Positions 1 through 10,800 of a DNA stretch of 42,038 nucleotides are shown here, piece by piece (position 1 is the first letter of the stretch; the number at the start of each line of letters is the position of its first letter). Made by a program: the position numbers and the translations under genes. Source of the DNA: Psammoneis japonica (Eukaryota); NCBI GenBank assembly GCA_008632985.1, contig QPGO01000020.1, forward strand, positions 744,001-786,038, given 5' to 3'. The notes below the pieces were generated by a model. It saw nothing but the letters and a program-made list of their open reading frames with translations, was not told the DNA's origin and did not search any database.

Positions 1-525
1 CCAAAGGATCCAACTGTCCTTCTGAAGCAGCACAAAGGCTGCACAACCATCCTTTTGCACCTTTTGCAGCATCACAAAGGCTCCCAGCCACCACAGCTGG
101 CAGCAACACAAAGACTCCAACCACCACAGGAGGTGGCAGCAGCACCAAGACTTCAACCATCTTTTCTGAAGCAGCAGTGCAAAGGCTCCAACAGCCCTTC
201 TGCAATGGCACAAAGGCTGCAACCATCCTTCTGCAGAGCAGTGCAAAGGCTCCAACAGCCCTTCTGCAGTGGTGTGCAAAGGCTGCAACCATCCTTCTGC
301 AGCAGCACAGATGCTCCTCCCAACCACCACAGCCAAGTGGCAGCAATGCAAAGACTCCAACCACCACAGCCAAGTGGCGGCAGTGCAAAGGCTCCAAGAA
401 CTGTCCTGTCTGAAGCACCAGAAAGGCTCCAACACTGTCCTTCTGCAGCAGTGCAAAGGGTCCAAACTGTTGCAAGTGGCAGCAGCACAAAAGCTCCAGC
501 AACCATCACAAGTGGCATCAGTGCA
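1..525. repeat. Degenerate minisatellite, units of about 30 bp (core GCAGTGCAAAGGCTCCAAC...CCTTCTG / ...CCACCACA)
   Basis: CAAAGGCTCCAAC/CAAAGGCTGCAAC/CAAAGACTCCAAC recurs more than 12 times at roughly 30-35 bp spacing; the overlapping 'QRLQP' ORFs are by-products of the repeat. Confidence 0.85.
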
Positions 526-2934
526 AAGGCACCGTGTGCCATTCACACGTCCACAGAAACAAAGCCACAAGAACAATTTGACAGCTCAACCACCGTCGTT
601 CACATGTCAACAAAACTCCTGCAGTTTGTGCAAGATGGGCCACTCTCCTGAGTCATCATCATGAAAAAGCTGTTGGCATCTCATGCACATTTTTGACATT
701 GAGCACAGTGTGGAGACAGGTGCCGCACGGCAGGTTGCCCTGTTTTTGTGCACTGCCTGAGTCGTTGGTGCTCGTTGAAATGATGACCTGCCTTGTGCTG
801 TTTGTCTGAAGAGCTTGCATCAGCCAAAATGTCATTTTTTCTGGGTTGGCACTGCTGGCAGTGACAACAAACTAATTCCCGCAATCCACAGATTGAGTGG
901 CCAGTTTTGGACTAACCAAGGAAGTGCCACAAAGCCAACCAGCACATCACAGCACTGTCTGGAGAGACAAGACACCCCCACGCACCAGCCACATCATTCA
1001 CATGTCATCATTTTCTTGCTCAGTGAGTCTTTTGGGGTGACAGTGCATTGTTGGCAAAATGCTGGCTCTGCCACTGGCTTCATTGTGGGCAGTGTGCACA
1101 CCCCCACAAACACACATCTTTCAGCCCAAAACAACCCTCCACATGAAAGGGCAGCTTTTTCACATCAGCAAAACAAAAAAATTGACAGGACTTTGTGCAA
1201 CACCGGCTGGCAACACCCAGCAGACACAACTGGGGGCAACAAGGAGGCAACACTTGGCACAGGATTTGTTGTGTTCTTTTTTTTGCTGCAACCACAGTGC
1301 CACACTGTGCAGCATTGGCAAAGGACTTTTGCACACTCAGAGTGCACAGCTCATCAGCAAAAGCAGCAACCCCCATCTTTGAGTTTGCGCTGGCCACCAT
1401 CAACACAAAAGGAGACAAACATTTGTGCTCTTTCTGGCACACTGCATCAAGAGTGAAAAGGTTGCAGCTCAAAGCAGCAAGCTCTTCATTTGTCAGCAAG
1501 CACAAAAAGGGAGAACTCACAAGGCTTGAAAACATGGAACAAAGATCAAATGGAGCCAGAAGTTGGCTCTTTTCTGCACCCTTGAGCCCAACAACTGCTG
1601 AAGCAGTGTTTTCACCACACAAAGTGAAGAACTTGGTTGGCCAATGGAAAGAAGGGGGTCATCAAGAGCCATTGAAAATGGACAGAAACAGTTTGGAAAT
1701 GTTGCAAAAGATGGTCTTTGACAGTGACATGATCTGCGGTGTGCACAGAATTTGCGCTGGGTGCTGTGTAGAAAACTTGCTGAATTGAGAGAAAATGGCT
1801 GGAAAGGATGACAAGCTGCCAAGCCAGAAGAAGTTGCTGCCAGTTGTTTGCTGCTAAAAAATGTTGCTTGTTGGGCTGAATGATGCAGTGCCATTGGTGG
1901 AGTTGCTCAAAATGGGCTGGTGAGAGGACCCAGCAAAATGGCTCACACACCTTTGGAGAAGGAAGGAGGGCATCAGCGCCAGAGGGTGTGCAGAAACACA
2001 TGTGTGGCTGAGGGTGAGCAGCTGTCATCGAAAAAGTTTTCATTGGCAAAACATGACAAGCCATGTCAGCACACCCTGAATCCTCCATGAGTGCAGTTGC
2101 TTCCCCGCTGCCAGCATGTGCTGAAAAAACATCATCATCAACCACACCAGCCAGCAGCAACACACCTGGCCATGCTGTCATGCAGAGAAGCCAGAGTGCA
2201 CTTCACATTTTATGTTGTCAACTGACCCACCAAGCTGCAAAATGTTCAACTCTTCAGCTTCCTCAATGGCTTGAACTTTGCCAATTGGTGGATGAAGTGC
2301 TGCAGAGGTTGCGTGTTGGAATGTTGTCTTCTTTGTCATCACAAAGAGTCGGCTCAGGGTCAGACAATGTTTTGATTTTTTCTGCCATCAACATTTCTTT
2401 GAGTGCACACAAAAGAGACAGAGCTGTTGGAAGACTTGCTCCCCAATGCTCAAGAGTTTCCAACTGAGCCTCATGATTGACTGAAGCATGCATCAACATC
2501 AATTTGGACATGGGGTGTGGCCCAAGTCACAGACAGTCCAACCTGTCTTGTCTTGCAAAAATTCTGAACAATGCTTTTCTGCATTTTCATGATGAAATCA
2601 ACCTTTTTTGAACACACCTTCTTTCCTGATTCTTTCAGAAAACACACTTGTGACAAGGACAAAGCAAGCTGCAACACAAGCTCATGGGCTGTTTTCTTTC
2701 AATTGAGACCGGCAAAGAAGCTCTTGGCTCTGTGTTCTTCTTTTGTGTGCTCTGCTCTTTCTTGGAGGAACCCTGTCAAAACCCAGCTTGATGTCCCACT
2801 TTAAAGTCAAGTGCAAAATGCCACCAACTTCTGAAATCAACTCATGCAGCAAAGGATTGAAATTTCCAGCACAGAAGATGGCACCAAACAAATGTGCAGG
2901 CAGTCTCTGCATTGCTGAAGGATGCAAGAAGGCT

Positions 2935-5700
2935 TCAAGTGTCTCAGCCATCAAGGGCCTGGTGAGATGGTCTGCCAGTTGGTCCTTGGTGTCAATGCCA
3001 TGCACTGAGATCTCTTTCCTTGTGACATGGTCATGGAAGTGATGCAACTTGACATTTGAGTGCTTGGTGCATGGTCTGCACTTGCGCACATGCGTGCCAT
3101 CTCCAGAGCACTGCTGTTGTCTTCAAACACTTGGCAACGAATCTTGGGCTGTGACATCTTGATGGAGAACTTGTGCCACTTGAGTTCTTTCAACATCTCT
3201 GTCAAGAGTGTGGCTTCTTGCAGAGCATGTGATGAGCCACCAGTGTGTTCAGACTCAGCGCTGCTTGAGGCCACCTCAGTCTGAAGCCAAGATTTCCACA
3301 GTGTGGGACAACCTGTGCAAGTGGCAATGTGACCATCTCATGATCTTGCCACATCACGATCTTGGCCTGCTTCTCGTGGGTCCCAATTTCCACTGAAGTC
3401 TGTGTCCACACAAACTTCCAAATCCTTGTCATTCCAGGTTTTCAGAAAAGTGCCCTTGTCTCTGGTCTTGTGCAAGCACCTGCCAAGCTGCCACGTGGCT
3501 TTGGCATGCTCAACCTTGGGATCTGCTGTGAACCATGCACATTGATGGGTGACATGCGCAGTGTTGCTTTGAGCACATTTCTCCAAGCAGCTCAGCTTTC
3601 CAGCTCTGCTGATCTGTGGTTGAATGAACCATCAAATGGCTCTGAATCAGAGTGCCTCAATGAGATCTTGGAGGATGCCACAGAGGAGTGTCCTTTGCTG
3701 GCAGAGCATTTGGTGAATCCAATTGCAAGTCCTTGAGCATTTGGTCAATTGAGTGTGGTTGGGTCACATGAGCAGCACCCATCATCTTTTCTCACAATGC
3801 TGACACCCAGAAAATTCTGTGTGTCCCCTTCCACAGCAATGTTGAGCTTTGCCTCCTTGAGTTCCTCAACGATCTGTGATTGACTTTGTTCTCATCAGGA
3901 CCAGCAACGAGCAAGTCATTTTCCTGCACAAGAGACAAATTGTTTTTCCCCTGTGGAACACACACTCATCAATTTTTGATTGCTCAAAACCAAGCTTGTT
4001 GATTGGCCATTTGACCAGCAGATGCTTGTTCCACACTCTTCTGACCTGTTTTTGCCCACACACATTTTGGCAGAGCTTCAGAACATGGTCCTTGGCATTG
4101 CCTTTGTTGATCTTGAATCCTGCTGGCATTCCCATGCAAAGCTCTTTGTCAGCCAGCACCTGAGGAAAAGCCAAAACACAGTCCAATGATTTGGAATGCC
4201 ACCCGCTCATTGAATTGAGGGCATGCATCATTTGAACCAAGTTTTGTGCTGCCACTGGTGCATGTGTTTCCTCACATTCCTTCCCCTTTCTCATGCGCAA
4301 GCAGTCAATGTTCAAACAAGCCCTCCATTTCTTGACCTTGTGAGCTGCGATGTCATGCTTGCATTTCATCTGCCATGCCACTGGCAGCACCTTGCTGTCT
4401 CTTTTCACCTTTGATGGTGGAATTGTGGAGAAGTCACCATTTTCCATTTGATCTGTCACCTCCTTTTGCATGGCTTTCAGGAACTGCATGCAACCCGGTT
4501 CCTTCATCACCTGATGCGTGCACATGGTGTCAAGATCTGCTGGTGCTTTGCAGGCATGGAGGGGGCTCTTCTCTTCCCAGAGCACTTGTGAGTCTCAGGG
4601 ATGCATTGCGGTCAAACGCATTGTCTCACCCTCAACGTTGCTCCTTGTTTCTGCACTGCTTTCAGACATCACAGCAGCTTCCATCAGCCTGCTGACCGGT
4701 TGGCTCTTGCACCCTGAACGAGTCACTTTTGGTGCATCAAAGCTGCTTTGTGTCTCATTAGACTCGCGCTTTCTGGGAGCTGCTTCTAGAGATTCATTTG
4801 CAGGCATTGTTCCACCCTCATCTTCTTGAGGTTGCATGTGTGGGCCCTCTTGCCTTGGCGCCGCTTGGCCAGTGACTGCTGCAGTGTTGCCGCACTGCCA
4901 CAGCTCCAGATCTTGTGGGTCAGTCCATTGAACTTGTTTCTGTTGCATCTTGCCCTGCTCAGCTCCCTCTGAACTCACCAGTTTTGGTCTTTGTCACCTC
5001 CCTCTTGGCTGCCAATCCAGCTTTGACATGCCATCACAAATCAAGTTTGTCCTGCTGCAACGCATGGAAGGATGGATCAAATTTGACATGGAGTTGTGCT
5101 GGGCTCACAAGAGCAGCAGCTCAATCCAAGATGAACTCCACATTCTTTCCATGTGTTGGGCTTTGGCCTGAGTGGACAACTCCAACCCTTGATCTTTGCC
5201 TCCATTTGTGGTGTGGCAGGTTAGATTGCAAAGTGTCATTGAGAATGCACGCTGGGCAGCCAAAAGGTTTTCAGTGCTTTGGGTTTGCAGAGACTTGGGT
5301 TTTGGAGAACATCTGCAATGGGGTCAACTTGCCCTTCTTTTGGAAACCAGGCGCCAGCTCTTGAAGTTCTTGGATTCAGTGCTCAGCCGTGCGGTTCTGG
5401 TGGTGAGTGCCTGCCACTGTGAAAGTGAGTCATTGCCTCTGTGTTTGACGTGCAAACACCCAGTTGTTTGTCTTGAAGATGCCATTCTTGTTGGCATGGC
5501 AGGCTTCCACCGTGATGCCACAGCTTTTGGCATGCTGCTCAAAAGCATTTTTTCCCTCCAACATCTCTGCCGCAGATGCCATCTTTTGTGGGCACATGCA
5601 ACCCAACTTGGACCGTCAATTCACATGTGCTGTTGTGCACTTGTGTCTTTTGGTTGTCGGCCATTCAGTCATCTAAACAGCTGACCCTGGCATTGGTGAT
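2935..5700 (-). mobile_element. Degenerate Ty1/Copia (diatom CoDi-like) pol relic: integrase core - reverse transcriptase - RNase H, truncated at both ends
   Basis: Minus-strand motifs in Copia order. Integrase: 'KNAFEQHAKSCGITVEACHA..NGIF', 'KPFGCPAC..HHKWRQRS', 'HVKFDPSF'. RT: 'FLKAMQKEV', 'EETHAPV', 'LDCVLAFPQ', 'NVCGQKQ', 'GFEQSKIDECVF'. RNase H: 'LEVCVDTDFSGNWD', 'SSAESEH', 'VFEDNSSALEMA', 'TKHSNVKLHHF', 'QLADHLTRPL'. Many frameshifts and stops. Confidence 0.93.
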
Positions 5701-6784
5701 GCAAGCTTTTCTTCTTGCTTGGTCCCGGCAACAACAATTGTGCCAAGAAATGACCAAAGACAGCAGGACCAGAACCCAAGTGCAAGCTCAGCTTCTCTCT
5801 AAATGACTGAATGGCAGCAGCAGAAGCGCCTCCACAAGCAGCCAGAAAATGCCAACGCAAGTTGGCAGTGATTTCTTTCTTGCTTGACTGACTCGGCATG
5901 GTCTTTGTCAAGAGAGCTGAGCAGTGGACACAGCTGGGAATGTCATCATTGATGGCACACAGCTTGACAAAACCATGGAACAAATGTTTTGCATGCTTGA
6001 CTTTTGATGAGACCTTGCTGCGGCAGAAAGGGCTGACTCCCCATGTGCACCCTGAAGCTGTTGAGCAGACCTGTTGTCCTTGACGATCGTGTTGACTGGT
6101 GCTCATGCACTGTCATTTTGACACTCAGCAGTTGCAAATTTTTGTGTCAATGGAGCCGTGCAATGACTCTTTGGAGCAAGATCAGTGAGATCATCAATCA
6201 TGCAGATTTTCTCCCTAAATTGGAACAGCACATTTGAGCATGCCATGCAAGCAAACCACTTTTGTTCAGAGCTTTCACAAAGTGACATCTCTCAATGGAT
6301 CTTGATGCAAAAGTGTGCCCCAAGCGTGCGTCTGCATGAGCTCCATGAGGAAAATTGGAGCACATTTTGCATTTTGCAAATGCCCGCACCATGCATGACA
6401 CGACTCCCACTTCTGGGAAGGACAAACACAGTTCTTGAAGAATCACATCTTTGGAACAGCACAAGCATTCTTTGAGGTGAGATCACAACTCTGGTCTCCA
6501 CAACCAAGAACAGCCAAACCCAAAAGACTGCCATTTCAGTCAAATGTCATTCAGAGTTGCATGATGGCTTGGCCTGTCCATGCAGCATCCGAAGAACACT
6601 TGTTGGGAATGACATGCTTCAGTGACAAAACTCAGCGCCGAGGCTCTGGAAGTCATGCCACAGCAATGTCCGAACACCATTGAGAGACTGAAAATGTGTT
6701 GGCTCAACTTTGGTCCACGCGCATGTTTTCTGGATAAAAAAAGGCAACCCTCCATGCAAGTGCCTTGTTGCCGACTTTACATGA

Positions 6785-7216
6785 ATTGTGCTCTCCATCA
6801 ATTGGGCTGGAATGCATTGTTTGATGGCTTGCTTCATCCCGTCATGGCACATGCCTCAACCACAGGTGGAGTGGACTTTGTCTTTGATTTCCTTGAGAAT
6901 CAACGGTGCCAAGGCAGAGCTGCAGCTTCGAACAAAACAAAAGTTGGTGGCACCTCCCCACGGACAATCTTGGCTTTTCCTCAAAGGCGGCACCTGACAA
7001 ATTGCACTCTCCATCAATTGGGCTGGAATGCATTGTTTGATGGCTTGCTTCATCCCGTCATGGCACATGCCTCAACCACAGGGAGAGTGGACTTTGTCTT
7101 TGATTTCTTTGAGAATCAACAGTGCCAAGGCAGAGCTGCAGCTTTGAACAAAACAAAAGTTGGCAGCACCTTCCAATGGACAATCTTGGCTTTTCCTCAA
7201 GAGCGGCACCTGACAA
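6785..7216. repeat. Direct tandem duplication, 2 x 216 bp
   Basis: CTCTCCATCAATTGGGCTGG at 6791 and 7007; both units end CACCTGACAA (7000, 7216); few substitutions. Confidence 0.95.
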
Positions 7217-8466
7217 ATGGTGGGTGCGCATGTGGTCCAAGTGGCCTTTTCCACATGGACGCATGTGACAGTGCTGGAACTTTGTTGTGCTTGACTTGAT
7301 TTGTGGCAGAAGAACAACCAATCCACCCTGTGTCCCATGTTGACAGCAAGGCAGAAATGAGATCATGAACATGACAGAGTGGCACATGACGCTTTGGAGT
7401 TCGGATGGCACCAAGCCATGTGTCCGAGAAATGTTGTTCATGCTGGCAATCAAATTGGCATGTGACATTGGGACTCCCTTCCAATGCAAGCACACACCGT
7501 GGGATTGTTGGGAACGTTGTTTGGTTGTGGGTCACAACCTGAAGCATTGCTGGTGTGGACAGGCCGCTCAAGTTGGGTTTGAAGCAGTGCCAAACACATG
7601 CAGAAAAGGCACAATGTGCAAAGGTCACTTGGCATCAAAGGTCAGTTTTTGTTTCTTGTCCACCATGATGGAGTTGCTTTCCTCTGCACAATCCACTTGG
7701 GTGGGCTCCAACTTGTGCTTGACCACATCACTCTGGGCTCTGGCTCTGACTGGCTCCAATCTGCAGATTGGACAGCAATTCCCAATGTGGCTGCCACCAC
7801 CTCAGCAGCAGGAATGCCCTTTGAGGGAACCCAGAGCAGCTTGGATTTGTTGTCCTCCATGCACAACTTGTGCTTGGACTCGGTGCAGTTTTGGCTCAGT
7901 GGGGGCAAAACACACTGGGTTCATGGCATGGCGAGAAAGGCCAAAACAAATGGCAGGCAGTTTGGTGTGGCAATGGAACAAATGTCCCACTTTTGTGTGC
8001 CACACTTTTTCAACCAGACTTGTTGCAATGGACTCAATCATGTCGTGAAGCTGCTGACAGGAGGAAATTTTGATTGCGGACTGGCTGTTCTTGTGCGGAA
8101 TGCACACCAACATTCAATGAGAACCACAGGGGGAGTTGTTGCAATGTGTTCATGCCGGTGAGACATTGACAAGCAGGGACATCAGGGCCAGCTTCTGCCA
8201 TGGTGTTGTTTCATGCATTTTTAAGTTGGCAAGCACAAACTCAATTAAAGCAGACTGGTGTCAAGTGAAGTCATGAAAGGATCCACAGACCTGTCGTTTT
8301 GGCGATCATTGGAGCATTCAATGACGTTGTTGCCATCATTCACCCATTGCGCGATTGGGTTGAAGATCTTGAACAAGATGCCCAAGTTGAAGATTCTGTT
8401 TTCAACGCACATTTTGTGCAAAAATTCCCTTGGAAAAGGAGTGTCTCTTGTGAGTGGTTGTGCGAA

Positions 8467-8638
8467 TGAGAAAGTCATGTTGCGCTGAAAGCAAGAAGCA
8501 AGACGGGGAGACGGGAGATGGAGATGGGAGACACTGGCAAGAGCAAGGAGCAGCAGCACACAAAGAGCACTTGCAGCACACTGCTGCTGCCTGCTTTTGT
8601 GCTTTCATCTTTCATGCCTGTCACCAAGTGGCCCAACA
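8467..8638. repeat. Possible LTR-like segment (TG...CA ends), related to 9856-10084
   Basis: Starts TGAGAAA, ends CCAACA; shares CAAGACGGGGAGA.GGGAGA, GCAGCAC(AC)AAAGAGCA and CTG.TGCTGC with the second segment. No convincing PBS or TSD found. Confidence 0.35.
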
Positions 8639-8729
8639 TGCTCTCACGGCGGGAAGTTGCAAATGCACCCGGCCGGTCGGTGTGCAGACATTCTTTCTCA
8701 ATGACCAGCCTCTAAATCCGCCATCATCA

Positions 8730-9192
8730 TCCTGAATTCATGAATGGCCCAAATCCACCACCATCTTGAAAAGTTCATGACTGGCCTGAACTCAGTTGGT
8801 GCCAAGACTTCAAATGATCCGCTGAAACTGGCCTGAATCCACCACCATGCCAAAATTCACGACTGGCCCAAATTCACGACATTGGCTTAAATCTGCCACC
8901 ATCCTGAACAACTCACAACCAGCCTCCATGACTGGCATGAACTTGGCCAATGGCCTGAATTCGTGGCTGGCTTCAACCCGCCACCAGCGCCCTTCTGAAC
9001 AATTCACGACTGGCCTGAATTCATGACTGGCCTGACTCCACCACCTGTCACATGGCAACAGGAACCCAGTCTAAGTTCACGACTGTGCATGTGTCATCCT
9101 GCCCACTGCACACAAAAAGGTCACAACCAGAGCCTGAATTCACGACTGCCCCAACTCCACCACCAGAGGGCCCCAAAAAGTTCACGGCTGGT
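8730..9192. repeat. Array of a degenerate ~17-bp motif (GGCCTGAATTCACGACT) interspersed with CCACCACC
   Basis: AATTCACGACTGGCC / AATTCATGACTGGCC / AGTTCACGACTG variants recur about 10 times with irregular spacing. Confidence 0.8.
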
Positions 9193-9210
9193 TTGAGTCA
9201 TGTGCTGAGT

Positions 9211-9660
9211 GTTGCCAAATTTCTCAATCATTGTCATTTTTGTGCATGTCAGCAGGATGCGTTGGCATGTTGTTTGTGTCGCTCATCGATTGACACTGCA
9301 CTGCCGACAAAGAAATTGAAAAGGAACTTTTTTCCGTGGTGCGTTGAGTGTTGTTGAGCTTCTCAGAAAAAGCTTTCGATCAATGCAGCAAAGCATGCTT
9401 TGCTCTGACTCACACTTCTAACTCTGCTTTTGCCTGTTTTCAATCGCACTTCCAATCCACTCGTGTTGGCTCATGTGCCATGGCAGGCATCGAGGTCCTG
9501 GCTCTCACTTTTCGGGGAGCATTTCCGCAAAATTTCTCGATTTGCTTCTCAACCTGCCTCTGGCCTCTGGCCAAGTGCGTTTCTTCGACACTTGGAATGA
9601 CTGCATGACAAGTCTCACTCCAAAAAACAAACAGAACTCATGGTTGTTTCGGACTCAAGC
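9211..9660. repeat. Diverged, TA-erased paralogue of 12157-12200 plus 13200-13560 (old local duplication with a large indel)
   Basis: Shared blocks: GTTGC.AAATTTCTCAATCA.TGTCATTTTTGTGCA; CGTTGAGTGTTGTTGA; TGCTTTGCTCTGAC; TCGAGGTCC; CGCAAAATTT; TCGACACTTGGAATGACTGCAT.ACAAGTC. Confidence 0.85.
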
Positions 9661-9855
9661 TGGACTGTTGTGGAAATCCTGCAACAAACACGGCTGCTGG
9701 CTGTCCAGACCGTGGATGCTTTTTCCGAGGTGCCGTTCGTTTTGACATTCCGGATTTTCTGCACCATTTGAAGAATTTCACCTTGGCAAATCCAAAGTGT
9801 GGAGAAGTTAAATTCCGTCGTAATTGGCAAAATCTACAGTCCAAAGCTGAATTTA

Positions 9856-10084
9856 TGAGAAATGTGGGCCCACAAGTCTTGGTGGTTGCTGTGATTTCAA
9901 GACGGGGAGATGGGAGACTCAAACACAAGCAAGCCGCAGCACAAAGAGCATCGCACTGATGCTGCAAGATGGCACAGCTTGGTGACCAACAGTGCCAGTG
10001 ATGATGTCAAATGCAATGCATTGATGCTCGGTGCTTGCTGTGGATCCCTGCTGGCGACAGAGATTCTTCTTGCCGGCCACAACA
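9856..10084. repeat. Possible solo-LTR-like segment related to 8467-8638
   Basis: TGAGAAA...CACAACA ends and the shared purine-rich GACGGGGAGATGGGAGAC core; flanks do not form a TSD. Confidence 0.3.
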
Positions 10085-10284
10085 TCACTTTGGTGTGCTG
10101 AGAGGCCACAGCGGCGCTCTTCAGTGAGGGAGGTTCGGTTGTTCACATTCCCACACGCTCGGGTGAGGAGATTGTCAGTCAGACGGTTCAGCGAGTCGGC
10201 CAATGCCTCATTGGAGCTGGTCGAGTCTTTGCTCAATCCCATCCTGCTTCAAGTCTTTCTGCTTCTCCTGGTGCTTTCACAGTT

Positions 10285-10800
10285 GTGCTGTCCGACACAG
10301 TCAATGCCTTTGTCCTGCCCAACAATCATGTGTTTGTCATGACGGGCCTTTTCCAACACGTTCGAGACGAAGATGAGTTGGCCGCTTTGTTGGGACATGA
10401 ATTGGCTCATGGAATTGCATGCCATGCTGGTGAAAAAATGAGCGGTTCCATTGTTGTCAATGTCACTGCTCGGTTGTTGTTCTCAGTGGATCCTTCAGGG
10501 GCACTGTCGTCCACACTTCTCTCGGCAGCTCAGTTGCTGCAGGAGCTTTCTAATTCTAGACAAGCTGAAACCGAGGCTGATCAGATTGGTGTGTTCTTGA
10601 CTGCTCAGGCTTGCTGTGATCCACGTGCTGCCAAACGCGTTTTTGCGTGAGTTGTTTTCTTTGCGCACACTGGCATGCCATCTTGTTTGTCATTCCTCTG
10701 CTTAACTTCTGTTCTTCCATTGTCGGCATGTCCAGAGCAATGAAAGAGGGAGCAAAGGGAGCACAGCCTCCAGAATTCATTTCGACTCACCCTGGATGCC
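10285..10800 (+). pseudogene. Peptidase family M48 (Oma1/HtpX-like) gene fragment with one intron (10647-10735), TA-erased
   Basis: 'VNAFVLPNNHVFVMTGL', zinc motif 'LLGHELAH', 'SRQAETEADQIG', 'ACCDPRAA' (family ACYDP); a GTGAGT...CTTAAC...CCAG intron restores the frame to 'AMKEGAKGAQPPEFISTHPG'. No intact N- or C-terminus evident. Confidence 0.85.

Noticed and set aside
2500..8640. Full-length Copia element with paired LTRs
   Set aside because: No 3' LTR, PPT, PBS or gag could be identified; pol similarity is limited to about 2935-5700.
8730..9192. CRISPR-like array (also considered for 1-525 and 35295-35845)
   Set aside because: Repeats are degenerate, spacers are irregular and related to each other, no cas genes are visible, and the context is eukaryotic.
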